A stretch of 64,000 bases of DNA, taken from the NCBI RefSeq assembly GCF_009914755.1, contig NC_060931.1, one strand, 5' to 3'. The stretch is from the human T2T-CHM13v2.0 reference genome, Homo sapiens. This document shows, piece by piece, positions 1-14,876 of the stretch. Position 1 is the first letter of the stretch. Each line of letters starts with the position of its first letter. Both the position numbers and the translations under genes were made by a program. Below the pieces are notes generated by a model, which was not told where the DNA came from, did no database searches, and worked only from the letters and a program-made list of their open reading frames with translations.

Positions 1-183
1 AATAAGATGCTTAGATTTTAGGTCAGGTGAGAGTTGAAGAGGTTTTAAGTTCTTAAGAACACAGGCTAAGGGAGAAGAAGGAGGAATGGAAGGTGGAAGC
101 TTGCCCATAGTGAAGGAGGCAAGCCCAGAGAACAGAGAGCGTAGAGACACGGAGGGAAGTGGTTTGGGGGTTCTTGCCCCCTA

Positions 184-400
184 GAAAAGCAGGACTTGCC
201 GCTAAGGGTGAAGGAGAAGGGGTTGAGGGGTACTTGCCCCTGCCCCAGGAAAGCGGGACTTGCCGCTAAGGGTGAAGGAGAAGGGGTTGAGGGGTACTTG
301 CCCCTGCCCCAGGAAAGCAGAGAAGGGGTAGAGACAAGGAGAGAAGGGGTTGGGCTACTTGCCCCTTCCCCAGAAAAGCAGGACTTGCCGCTAAGGGTGA
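184..400. repeat. ~64-bp tandem repeat in HERV-H leader (about 3.5 units)
   Basis: Units G(A/G)AAAGC(A/G)GGACTTGCCGCTAAGGGTGAAGGAGAAGGGGTTGAGGGGTACTTGCCCC start near 184, 248, 312 (variant) and 373 (partial). Confidence 0.85.
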
Positions 401-686
401 AGGACCAAGGCAGGTGTCCCTGCGTGGTCTGACACCCTTGAAACGTGGGTGTATAATCAGAGAGGCGTCCCTGCATTGATTAAACACCAAGGGAAGGCTG
501 CCTTCCCAGTCCGTGACCGGCGCCGGAGTTTTGGGTCCACGGATAAAACGTCTCTTTTGTGTCTACCAGAAAATGAAAGGAATTGAAATTAAGAGAAGGG
601 AGAGATTGAAGTGTAGCGCCAAGATTGAAAGGAGAAAGAGGTTGAGGGATAGTGAGGGAAGTTGGAGAAGAGAGTAAAAAGAGGCC

Positions 687-695
687 GCTTACCGG
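687..695 (-). promoter_or_regulatory. HERV-H major 5' splice donor
   Basis: Minus strand AAATCCG|GTAAGC about 145 nt downstream of the LTR; GT at 692-691. Confidence 0.8.
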
Positions 696-818
696 ATTTG
701 AAATTGGTGCGATGTTTCTTGGGCTGGTCGGTCTGAGGACCTGAGGTCATAGGTGGATCTTTCTCACGGAGCAAAGAGCAGCAGGACAGGGGATTGATCT
801 CCCAAGGGAGGTCCCCCG

Positions 819-836
819 ATCCGAGTCACGGCACCA
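819..836 (-). other. Primer-binding site complementary to tRNA-His
   Basis: Plus strand ATCCGAGTCACGGCACCA matches the 3' 18 nt of tRNA-His including CCA; lies immediately inside the LTR. Confidence 0.95.
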
Positions 837-838
837 AA

Positions 839-1279
839 TTTCATGCGCGTCTGTGTGAAGAGACCACCAAACAGGCTTTGTGTGAGCAACATGGCTGTTT
901 ATTTCACCTGGGTGCAGGTGGGCTGAGTCCAAAAAGAGAGTCAGCGAAGGGAGATACGGGTGGGGCCGTTTTATAGGATTTGGGAAGGTAATGGAAAATT
1001 ACAGTCAAAGGGGGTTGTCCTCTGGTGGGCAGGGGTGGATCTCACAAAGTATATTCTCAAGGGTGGGGAGAATTACAAAGAACCTTCTTAAGGGTGGGGG
1101 AGATTACAAAGTACATTGATCAGTTAGGGTGGGGCAGGAACAAATCACAATGGTGGAATGTCATCAGTTAAGGCTGTTTTTACTTCTTTTGTGGATCTTC
1201 AGTTACTTTAGGCCATCTGGATGTATACATGCAAGTCACAGGGGATGCGATGGCCTGGCCTGGGCTCAGAGGCCTGACA
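839..1279 (-). mobile_element. LTR7 (5' LTR of HERV-H), likely LTR7up-type
   Basis: Minus strand starts TGTCAGGCCTCTGAGCCCAGGCCAGGCCATC and ends CGCGCATGAAA; TATAAAA at 975-969; AATAAA at 903-898; several CCCCACCC boxes; ACAAAAGAAG block at 1192-1183. Confidence 0.95.
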
Positions 1280-1480
1280 CCAACATCTACTGTTTTTTGA
1301 TTTTTTGATTATGGCCATTCTTGCAGGAGTAAGGTGGTATCGCATTGTAGTTTTGATTTGCATTTCCCTGATCATTAGAGATGCTGAGCATTTCTTCTTA
1401 TGATTATTGGTCATTTGTATAGCTTCTTTTGAGAATTATCTATTCATGTCCTTAGGCCACTTTTTGATGGGCTTGTTTGT
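1280..1480 (-). mobile_element. L1 (L1PB-like) ORF2 3' fragment interrupted by the HERV-H insertion
   Basis: Translates to [34 protein letters not shown], an L1 ORF2p C-terminal motif; truncated exactly at the LTR edge. Confidence 0.85.
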
Positions 1481-1630
1481 TTGAAAAAAACAATCAATTA
1501 GTTCTATGAAGTACTGAGTGTCTCTGTGCCAGGTACTGCAGTAGGAGATGGGACATATCAGTGAACAATAGCCAAAGGTCTACGCTATTCCTGAAGGTCA
1601 GGTATTGCGACAGACAGTTGACTACAAGCA

Positions 1631-2261
1631 TGTCAATAAAAAGAGTTAAACTCTGTAAAATATACGAAGAGATTTATTCTGAGCCAAATATAAGTGACCA
1701 AGGCCTATGAGGTCTCATGTCCTGAGGGGGTCTCAGGACCCCTCAGGAGGTCCTGAGAACATGTGCCCAAAGTGGTCAGGATACAGCTTGGTTTGATACA
1801 TTTTAGGGAGACATGAGACTTCAACCAAATACATTTAAGAAATACATTGGTTTGGTTCAGAAAGGTGGGTCAACTTGAAGGGGTAGGGGGTGGCTTCTAG
1901 GTTACAAGTAGGTTTAAAATTTTCCTGGTTGACAATTGGTTGAGTTCATCTAAAGTCCTGGGATCAATAGACAGGAAATGTCTGGGTTAAGGTAAAGGAT
2001 CGTGGAGATCAAAGTTCTTATTTTGCAGAGAAAGCCTTCAGGTAGCAGGCTCCTGAGAGAATAGATTGTAAATGCTTCTTATCAGACTTAAGGTCTGTGT
2101 AGACATTAATGCTGGAGAGGCATAATGAGGCATGTCCGACCCCCATTTCCCATCGTGGCCTGAACCAGTCTTTCAGGTTACATTTTAAGAGTGCCCTGGC
2201 CTAGGAGGAAGTCCGCTGAGATGACTGGGTGGGGGGCCTTAGAATTTATTTTTGGTTGACA
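1631..2261 (-). mobile_element. MER4-family solo LTR (ERV1)
   Basis: Minus strand TGTCAACCAAAAATAAATTCTAAGGCCCCCC ... TTTGGCTCAGAATAAATCTC ... TTGACA; TG..CA termini; 4-bp flanks AGCA/GGCA. Confidence 0.8.
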
Positions 2262-2269
2262 GGCAAAAT

Positions 2270-3390
2270 AAATAGGTTTTGCCTATGTTCAAATAATATG
2301 TACTTTTCAAAAAGAAAAAAAAGGAGCAGCTTTAAGGGGTGTAGGAGTTGGTGCGGAGGAGTGGGGCAGATTGTAGTATTAAGATGGGGGAATTTGGAAT
2401 AGGCTTCATTGAGAACATAAACTTAGCAGAAGGCACATTTAAGCAAAGTCCTGAAGAAGGTGAGGGAGCGGGCCAAGTAGATACCTGGGGCAGAGGACAC
2501 TGCCTCGGTGTTGGCTATGAGTTGAGTTGTGCCATCCCTCAAAAAAGATATGTTGAAGTCCTAACCTCCAGCACCTGTGAATGCAACCTTATTTGGAAAC
2601 AAGGACTTTGCAGACGTAGTCAAGAGGAGGTCACGAGCGTGGGCCCTCATCCAATGGCTGGCGTCCTTCTGAGAAGAGGGAAATCTGGACACAGATACCC
2701 AGGGAGAAGGCCGTGTGGAGATGCAAAGACACACAGAGGGAAGAGGCCATGGGAAGATGGATACAGAGACTGGAGTGATGCTGCCTCAGCCAAGGAACGC
2801 CTGGGCTTCCAGAAGCTGGGAGAAGCAGGGCAGGGTCCTCCCACAGAGGCTTCAGAGGGCACGTGGCCTGCCAACACCTTGACTTCCAACTTCTGGCTTC
2901 CAGAACTGTGAGAAAATCCATTTCTGTCATGTTCAGGCACCTAGTTTGGGGACTTTGTTATGACGGTCTTAGAGACTAATCCGGTGTTCAGGACACAGAA
3001 GGAGTCCATGTGGCCTGGAGGAGAGTGGCAGGGGTGAAGTGAGGAGTGGAGCAGGAAGCCTTTGGGAGGAAGTTGAGGGCCCACGAGGGATCCAGCTGGC
3101 CAAGGTAAGGACTTGAATCTTTTTCTAGTGAAATGGGTTTGTGAGCAAGGGAGTGGTAAGATCTGACTGGTGTTCCAAAACGTCTCTCACTGCCACTGCA
3201 CTGAGGATAAATTAGACAGTTGCAAGGAGGCCAGGTAGGAGGCGTTTGCAGTAATCCTAGTCAGAGGTGACCATGGCCATGGTAACAGGGACAAGAGATG
3301 GTTGGATTCCCCATGGATTTCAAAGGTAGGATTTGCTGATGGGTTGAATGTGGAGTGTGAGGAGAGAAAAAGGGTCAAGAATGACTGACA
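2270..3390 (-). mobile_element. L2 relic, split by an MLT1 LTR
   Basis: Purine-rich L2 antisense phrases such as GGTAGGATTTGCTGATGGGTTGAATGTGGAGTGTGAGGAGAG. Confidence 0.65.
2513..2982 (+). mobile_element. MLT1C-like solo LTR (ERVL-MaLR)
   Basis: GATATGTTGAAGTCCTAACCTCCAGCACCTGTGAATG ... GCCAACACCTTGACTTCC ... CCAGAACTGTGAGA. Confidence 0.8.
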
Positions 3391-6300
3391 TGCGTGGAGG
3401 GTAACATAACCAGAGAGCAGCTCAGCTTAGGGGACTTGGCACTTGGATCATTCAAGCAGCATGAAACAAACCAACAACACATTACAGACACTGAATAAGT
3501 AAACCACCATTGTTTACACCGCCCAAGTGAAGCACTAAGCAACCCTAGGCCCTCTGATTGGGCATTAGGATGCTATTTTTAAAATAATTTCGATTTATTG
3601 AGAAATCATTTAAAACCCTATCTTTTTTGTACTTATCCTTTTCTCTGGAAAACAAAAATGTAAACACATGGTTTCCTAGTTTTTTATACCTTAATAAGGA
3701 AAAATCACCTCAGATATACAGGATGACATCTCTGGATTTAATAGAGAATAGTAAAATATTTTCTGTCAGTTTCATGATGATGCCATGAGGGCATACATGC
3801 AGACACTGATGATTCAATGAGCGATAGGGCCCCTAAATGCAGGAAACACTTATGAGAACCTGCTCCTTGTGCTGGGAAAGGCTTGGAGGGACAAAGGTGA
3901 ACAGTGTATGCTCCCATTCGAGGAGAAGAAGGCAAAGATGGAAACATAAACACACAAAAACAGGGGGTGTAAAGTAGAAATACAAGTTGTGGCAGCTACA
4001 ATGAAATAAATCATTAAATCTTGAATTATCAGGGGATATTACAAATTAGAGATAATATTTAAATTAGGTATGAAAATATGAAAAAGATTGATGAGCAAAG
4101 AATGTAGGAAGAATATGCAAGGCTGTGGGAACACCTTGGGCACAAGCAGAGGCATGAGAATAAACTGAGTGTTTTCTTGAGTGGGATGACCAAGGTCCAA
4201 ACATAAAATAGTTGAAAGCAGGTGTTGGGAAAGAGACATAAGAAGCAGCAGACACGTTGCACATGCCCTGTCTACCTGCCCATACCCATTCTCTGAAGCT
4301 CTGCTGGGTCCCATTGCCTCTGCCAAGGACAGAACAGGCAACATGAAGGGTGGGTACCTTCCTCAGAGCCAACTATTTAATTAGCTGACCATCAGCCAAT
4401 CAGGTGCTTCACCTCAGGTCTCACATAAAAGACACAGAGACTAGATACATCTTAAAGATGCTGGTGGTGACCTCTGAATTGAAATGCAATGTGGAGTAAT
4501 CACGTTCAAGTCAAAGTAGGGAGAGGGATTTTGAAAGAAAGAAAAGCAGAAGCAATCATGAGAAAGGCCAGGGTAACCCAGATGGAGAAAGAGTAAGAGA
4601 CAGAGGGAGCCATTCTCTATATTTTAGCACCTGGGAGGTCCAGGTGTACTTTCTACAACCAGGTTTTATGCAATTGTCCTATATTTTATAATGAATCCTC
4701 TTTTCACCTGAGATGGTTTGAATGGGCTTCTGCTTCTTGCCACTCTAGACAGGGATCACAGAGGTGGTGAAGTGAAGAGAAGGGCATTGAATGCTGCACT
4801 TTGGAGTAAAGATTTTATTTCTATATTGTTCTCTTCATATCTCTTCATGTTAGAAATCAGGGAGCCACCTTTTGCCCACCCTCTTCCCCAAGTCCTCCCC
4901 ATGTTTGTTCCTTGCTGTGTCTCTCAATAAATGCTCTGGTTTCAGAAACTGTGTCTGTAAGACTTATCTATTGGTCCTTGGAACCAATCAGACAAGTTTT
5001 CTTTCAACATGAAAGTAGCATGATTGGCCCTGTTTTTGGCTTTTCTGGTCAGTGACAATTTCCATGTATCCACATTGGCCGTAATCCTACACATCACTTC
5101 CCCTCTTTGATAATGTGTGCCCTCACCTTAAATGTCCCCACATCATATCCCTTCCCAGCTGTTTCTCCTTCTCTGTAAATTAAAGCCTCTAACTTCACAT
5201 GGTTTGTCCTATCACTGAAAGTCTCCATCTTAGATTTATACTTGTGAACTTCACATCCACAAGCTAATGGAATAAAAATTATTTGTAAGCAATAATGTAT
5301 AAGAAATGGAAGATTAATGCTGCATTTTTAGCTCAACCCATTTGCTCATACTTGTATTCTAATTTTAGCTTAAACTTTTCTGTGATTATTTTTTGCTACA
5401 TATCCATTGAAACAAATCAATCAATACAAAAGTGGTTTGTAGAAAAATAGACTTTTCTTCCCAGCTCTGTTTCTACCATAACCACAAAAGAAAACCAAGT
5501 TAACAGCCTGGAATGTATTCTTTAAATTTCTCTAGGTTTATACAAACATATATAAGATAATACATATATATATAATCCCATATATACATATGTGGGATTT
5601 GTCTCTTTAAAATGATTGGATTATGACATACAAGGTACTCTACAAAAAAATTTTTTTCTTGTAACAGTATGTCTTAAACATCTTCCCAGTTAATATGTAT
5701 AGATTGAACTCTCTTTCTTGACAGTTGCATAATATTCCAATGTGTGAGTAAATCATAATTTGTTCAACTGTCCTCCATCAATAAGCGTTAATATTTTATT
5801 TTCAATTTTTTGCTATTTCCCATACATCTAGCCTTATTGGCTGGGGCATTTTATTTCTGTAGAATAGATTACATAATAATATGCTCTTTAAACAAAAATA
5901 TATTGACATTAAAGATGAATTACCTTTGCTTCTCATCTAGAAATAACTCCATTACATCTCTAAGTCCTATTCTATATTGTAGAAATGGGTAGCTAGAAAA
6001 AAAACCACTTTTGAAAAGAGGAAAATGACTCATGTTTTTGTCTTTCCCGCTGAGTGTTCACCACTGCTCTGGGCTGTTGTGGGCAGAAGTAGCGTCACAG
6101 TTATAGGCATTTTAATAGAAGAAGTAGGTGTCCTTCCTTCTGAAAATCCACTCTGTTGTGGAATAAAGCTGGTCTCCTTTAAAGCACCACGAATTTAAAG
6201 AAGAGCAAAGGAGGCACCAAGCAGCAATTTCCCTCACATCACTCAACCTATTAAGCCTCTTCTCCCAAACGTGGGCCAACTGCAAAAGAGTGTTCTTTAG

Positions 6301-7552
6301 AAATGTTCCCATTTCTGCCAAGGCTAACCAGGGATAGTTTCTTGTAATGGTTAGCATAACTCCTGGCATGTTGCTAAGGTCAAGTCTCAACCTTTAGCCA
6401 AGGGAATGGGCCAATTTAGAAGAAAACAAAGTTCAACTCCATTGGGTGGAGCCCAGCCTGGTGTCAGACCCTTTGAGGCCCAGTCTGGGATGAGGTTCCC
6501 AACTGGTTAGACTTATCTTCACATACCGAAGCGGTCTGGCTAAAACTAAATGGGAACTGCAGAATTTTTGTAAACCACGTTGCACTTTGTAAAAAAATTT
6601 TAACTCTCCCCTAGCCCCAAACCTAGCTAGGTAACAGCCGAAGTTGATTTCAGAATGTTAACTGCAGTTCTCCATGCACACAGTTGCATTCTCTGCAGCC
6701 ATATGGTCATCTTTTCTAGGTGGATCTATAAGAAGATCAGGAAATTTTATTATTGCTAAATTTTTGGTGAAACACATATTAAGATGATGAGAGATGAAAA
6801 TGACAAAGTGGTGGTAATGAAAACTTCCTCCCTTCTCATCTGCCAGTGATTCTCTGTCCAGGAACAAGGGTAATATATTTGACATTTGGTTCATTGAATG
6901 TGCTTCAGAGTGAAATTGTCAGAATTGCACATGGATTGCTACTGATATTACATATGTTGCAAGACTCTGCAGGGTGTGTCTCCCAGAGACCTTTCCCTAA
7001 TGGTAGGAACTAGACTGTGAGCTTTTTCTCAAATATACTTTGGATGATCATCTGTTTCCCTGCAAGTGCAGAAGGAAGTTCACAAAGCACCATGGAAAAA
7101 AACCTAAGAGGAGTCCAAGGCTGAAATGAGGTAACATGATACTAAAGATACAATCAAGAAGATACTAAAGATACAACCCCTTCCCTGACTAACTTACATT
7201 CCAGGATCTGCTGGAGATACTCTCTCTAGGCAGCACTTCCTCTTATCCCTAGACTAGATGAGGGCCCTCCAGGATGTACCCACAGCACTTGCTACACTGT
7301 ATGGAAACTGTCTTCTCACTGGCTGTTTACTCCAGGACAAGAATGGTGCTCTTTCTTGCTCCCTGCTGTATCCATGGCACCAGGAAACAGTGCCTGGCAT
7401 GGAGGAGGCACACAGTGAGGCTAGGTACAAGAGAGAAAAAGGAAGGGCTGAAGGGGGTGATGTCAATGGGTACAAGAAGGTGCAAGGAAGTTCCCAAATC
7501 TAGAAATGCAGAGCTGATTGCCCACTTGTTCATAAATCTTAGGGGTTTTTTA

Positions 7553-7988
<436 letters not shown>

Positions 7989-8048
7989 TAATGTAAGATA
8001 TGCTTCTTAGAATAAGGTTTCAGGAAACATGTAAAAGAGAGCTCTCTG

Positions 8049-8658
<610 letters not shown>

Positions 8659-8989
8659 AGCATAGCTATGTACTATATGAAGACCTAAAATTCAAATTAC
8701 ATTTTATTTCTTTTAAAATATGCTGAAATAGTTACAAACAAAAAGTTACAATGTCTGGAATTCAAAATTACTGGGGGATTAGGTAGGTAGGGGTACAGCT
8801 GAAACAAAATCATTATTTATTAAAAATTGGTGAAACTGGCTGACAAATACGTCAGGTTCTTTCTACTATTCTTTTTACTTTTATTTATGTTTGAAACTTT
8901 CCATAGTCTTTTAAAATTACACAACAATTAGATGGGTTGCAAGTATAAAGTGTCTTGTTACAAACCACACTGATGCCACCTAAATTTTT

Positions 8990-9595
8990 TTTATATACTT
9001 TAAGTTCTGGGATACAAGTGCAGAACGTGCAGATTTGTTCCATAGGTATACACATGCCATGGTGGTTTGCTGCACCCATCAACCCGTCATCTACATTAGG
9101 CATTTCTCCTAATGCTATCCGTCCCCTAGGCCCCCACCCCACAACAGGCCCTGGTGTGTGATGTTCCCCTCCGTGTCCATGTGTTCTCATTGTTCAACTC
9201 CCACTTATGAGTGAGAACATGCGGCGTTTGGTTTTCTGTTCTTGTGTTAGTTTGCTGAGAATGATGGTTTCCAGCTTCATCCATGTCCCTGCAAAGGACA
9301 TGAACTCATCCTTTTTATGGCTGCATAGTATTCTATGGTGTATATGTGCCACATTTTCTTTATCCAGTCTATCACTGATGGGCATTTGGGTTGGTTCCAA
9401 ATCTTTGCTATTGCAAATAGAGCTGCAATAAACATACGTGTGCATGTGTCTTTATAGTAGAATGATTTGTAATCCTTTGGGTATATACCCAGAAATGGGA
9501 TTGCTGGGTCAAATGGTATTTCTGGTTCTAGATCCTTGAGGAATCGCTACACTGTCTTCCACAATGGTTGAACTAATTTACACTCCCACCAACAG
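8990..9595 (-). mobile_element. 5'-truncated L1PA (L1PA6/7-like) 3' end
   Basis: L1 3'UTR plus ORF2 end (FAGTWMKLETIILSKLTQEQKTK); 18-bp TSD GATGCCACCTAAATTTTT at 8972-8989 and 9596-9613. Confidence 0.92.
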
Positions 9596-10956
9596 GATGC
9601 CACCTAAATTTTTAACTTAAACACGCTATTGCTGTAGCTCCACCCACCCTTGTCTCAGCCCTCAGCGACTCACCCCTTCTGTGCTGACTTGCTTTTATAT
9701 TTTATTTATTGTTCTCTGCAGCCATTTCCATTCATAGGGCTTGAGACACTTTTCAGCCGACAGATTGTAACTCGCTAAGGAGCCCTGACTCCTCCTATCC
9801 TGCTTCCCACTTACAAGCAAAAAGCCCTTTTGATTAATTTCTGACAGCTCCTGCTTAGATTCACTCAGAACTAATTACGTTGGTACAACCTACTCAGACA
9901 AAAGCAGCTCTAAAAGTTCTGCACCAGCCCTAGATTTCAAGAGTAGGCAACATCCTGTTTAGGAAAAGAAAGAGGTAGCCCCAGACCCAACGAATTCTGT
10001 CTTCTTCAATTTAGACAAAAACCTGATTCATCTCTGTGTCCCCTGACATCCAACCCGGCACAAAGCCTTCCACAGACTGGGAGCTCGAGAAGTTCTTGTG
10101 GAGGGCATGTGTCCGGTTCCCTCAACACTCCACTTTTTCAAAGATACTCCAGAGCAGAAGCGAGTTAACAGGGGCTTGCTTCTCACTGTAACCACACTTG
10201 TCAGCTCACACTCATCTAGAGTTTTCAGCTGCCACCAGGCACAGAGTCCTACTGAAGTCCACACCCCCATGCATATGAAGCCACCCACTTTCCTGTATCC
10301 CACACAGCCAAAATGTCACTCAGAGACACTCCCAGGTTGGTGCCACATTGTCTCCAGCTTTCAACTCCACAAAAGGGCTTCTCCCCTTTCACAGATCATT
10401 ATTTTAACATCTTACTATTTTAGAAGCCTTCTATTTTAAAAATAGCAACTATCGCCAGCTCCTTCTACTGAAGCACCGTTGTCTAAAATGTGTTCACCCT
10501 CCAGCGAGGTGCCGGAAAGGGAGGAGGCTCAAAAGTTCCCTATACCTCTGACAAGGTCCTCTTCTCTGCACTTTGGGTGCATTTTCATGTCTAGAAATAC
10601 ATCTGGAATCAGTCCAGTGTATTAAAGAGTTAGTCCTTATTTGTAACTTTGCTTTTTCTTCCTGATATCCTATAAAAACTTGAGCCAACTTGCTTCAGTC
10701 CATTGAATTTTATAAATGAACAGAAATAAATATTTTGCTTCTGAGTTTTACCGAGAATGAGAAAGGATTCAATTTACTCTTAATATATCCTTAAGAAAAA
10801 AATTATTTAACTTAGTAAAAAATGTGATTTTCTGGGAATTCAGGAGGCTTGCATTTTTCTTTTTAGCTTATCTGTATTTCCAATTTTTTCGATAAGGAGC
10901 ATGTATTATTTTGTCATTTTAAAATGTAGTTGTCATTTTTTCTTCCTTTTAAACTA

Positions 10957-11150
10957 AGGTTTCTCAACCTGAGCACTATTGACATTCTGGACTTGATGAT
11001 GCTTTGTTGGGGCTGGGCGGCAGGGGGCGGGTGTTCGGGGGGCCCTGCTGACACCTTGATTTCTATATTAAAAGACTGAAATGGGCAAAACATGCACCTG
11101 TCTGGTGCACTGCAAGATGTTTCGCAGCATCACTGGCCCCTACCCATGGC
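10957..11150 (-). mobile_element. MER20 fragment (hAT-Charlie) with an internal foreign insertion
   Basis: GGTTTCTCAACCTGAGCACTATTGACATT ... resumes CTGTCTGGTGCACTGCAAGATGTTTCGCAGCATC. Confidence 0.75.
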
Positions 11151-11999
11151 CAGAGCCCAGAGGTGTTCCTACAGAAGTCTGAAAAAACATCCGAATTGGT
11201 GGAACCGGACTCCCATGCTTACCAACTGGACTCCATTGCTCCTCAGATGAAAGAGAAGCAGAGCAGAGAGAAGGGGAGGTAGTTTAATGTGAGGGGAGCA
11301 ATTTAAGCAGCAATATCATAAAACCGTCATCATCAGAATGTGCAGGGAAGAGGGTCCTCTGCTCCCGACTCAAAGGGTACTGGAAACTCCTGTTCCTTTC
11401 CACATCAACCTTCCTTGAATTCATCAGTCTGTTCCCCACTCTCCAAGTGCATGCTGCTGTTGACTCTTCCAATGGCAAAAGCCATCCCACAATTGCACTG
11501 TGCAGGTGCCCTGAATATATGTAGCAGAGTTGCATGAGGAGGAGAAACTCAGAGGAGAAAGACAGAGAGTTTCCACAGGCACCTTGGGAGATTGGAAGGG
11601 AGTGGTGAGGAATGCTCAGAGCTTTGGAAGGGCGGAGCAGGCAGTAGATGCCCCTGAGGCTGAGACGGGAGCGAAATTTGGCCATTTAGAGAAGACCAAA
11701 CACTTGCTTTACCCACACAGCACCCTGGGCTGGGGCAGCACCTCAGAAACATGTGCCTGGTTACCTGGCAAGTTTGAGTCAGCACCTGAATTTAACACAG
11801 GGGCCTTGAGCCTTGGCCAAATCTCCATGCCCAGGTAGCCCAGAGCAGTAAACCTTCTTGCCTTTTCGCAAGCATATCAATGGGGACCAGTGTGGACTAA
11901 AGATCGCCAGATTTGGGGGCAACCCTAGGAAGAATGTCAGGAAAAATGTTAAAAGACTGAAATGGGAAAAAAAAATGGTACTGGGTATCTTGTCTATCA

Positions 12000-13214
<1,215 letters not shown>

Positions 13215-13647
13215 TTATTGACCTGTGGATATTGACCAGATTTGCGCCTATTTGTAAGTTCATTTCAGCATTCCTGATGGCCGATATAGTGTATGGTTTG
13301 AATTCTCCTTTGAGCCAGTAGTGACATCTTCCTGTTTCCTCATTAACGAGTTAAGTAAAATCTTTCACATTGTTCATTTTTGTATTTATTTGATAGTCAT
13401 GATTTTACATTTATTTTTAAATTGTCCTTAAACAAATCAAAGGGCTCCTCAAAACATCATCAAGATTAAACTTCCTTCTCTTTACGTCCTTATCACAGAA
13501 ACACAGAGTTGGATTTCATTCTACTTAGAAAATCAAAGCAATGTAACCATGATTGCACCCAACGTAGAGAAGGAAAACTCACTTCCACCACAGGGAGAAG
13601 TGAGCCCAATGGGTAGAATTACCCAAAAGCCTAACGTGGAAGCCTCT

Positions 13648-13981
<334 letters not shown>

Positions 13982-14876
13982 TGATTCAAAAGAACAAAAC
14001 TACAAAGAACAGTTTTATTCATTGTTATTGGCCTTAATTTAAATATATTTTTTTCATTCAAAACTTCATTGAGTCTCCACAAGGCCAGCCCGGACAGACT
14101 TTGAGATCCAAGTCAGTTGCTATTCCCAAGGAACTCAGAAATGAGTGCTGAATGCAACATCTGTCACAGAGTGAGTATTCGGTGTTTATCAAAGATTATT
14201 TTCTCAAAAATGGGATATACCGCCAGCTCACAGAAGACTAGTTCGTCAGGTTTTAACTGTAGTATTATACAAAAATGTCCCCAAGTAGCAAAACATTTTA
14301 TGAATCTGTCTGTAGGTAGAAATTCTATACATTATAAACACATCATAATACAACTTATGCAATAGAACGCCTTACTAGAATAAAGAAAATGAACTGGAAA
14401 TGTTCTGCAAAATTAGTCATTTGTTGTTGTTTTCAGCCTTTGTTTTTTAAAAAACAAGGCAGGCAGTAATTATACATTTGAAAAATGTATAATTTCAATG
14501 TATACATTTGAAAAATATATAATTCCTGGAAATGAAGGAATTACAGTAGCCTTAGGCAAAGTTACACTTGCCGCAGTTTTTTCTTGACTCCCCTTTATCA
14601 TCCTTCCTCTCCTTCCTGGGATACTCATAAGGCTCAGCTTGTCTCTCAAAGGAGCCCAGTGCTGCTAAAGTCTTTCTGTTACCCCTCCTTAAACATCAGC
14701 TTTCAAATAGCTGTCATAAAATAAACACGTAAATTCATACTAATTGAGATGACTAAAGACATGCAATGAGTTATCACTTTGGGAGCATATTTACGTTTTA
14801 ATGAGAACAACTCAATCCATTAAGCACTTAGGAAGTATCTCCATGTCCAGGCCTTGTGTTCCTGCTGCGGACTTTA

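Larger units (their letters stand above)
1..838 (-). mobile_element. HERV-H internal region (leader / start of gag region); provirus continues beyond the left edge of the window
   Basis: Minus strand reads TTTGGTGCCGTGACTCGGATCGGGGGACCTCCCTTGGGAGATCAATCCCC directly after the LTR, followed by typical pyrimidine-rich HERV-H leader sequence. Confidence 0.95.

Noticed and set aside
66-490. Overlapping 74-136 aa ORFs in the HERV-H leader
   Set aside because: Arise from the stop-poor tandem repeat; not recognisable as Gag
819-836. tRNA-His-like sequence
   Set aside because: Only 18 nt; it is the retroviral primer-binding site, not a tRNA gene
2348-2911. 187-aa ORF, the longest in the window
   Set aside because: Non-ATG start; runs across L2 and MLT1 LTR sequence; no recognisable domain
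7138-7176. 16-bp direct repeat GATACTAAAGATACAA with 7-bp spacer (similar small duplications at 56051-56108 and 62376-62405)
   Set aside because: Two copies only; ordinary micro-duplications, not an array or CRISPR-like structure
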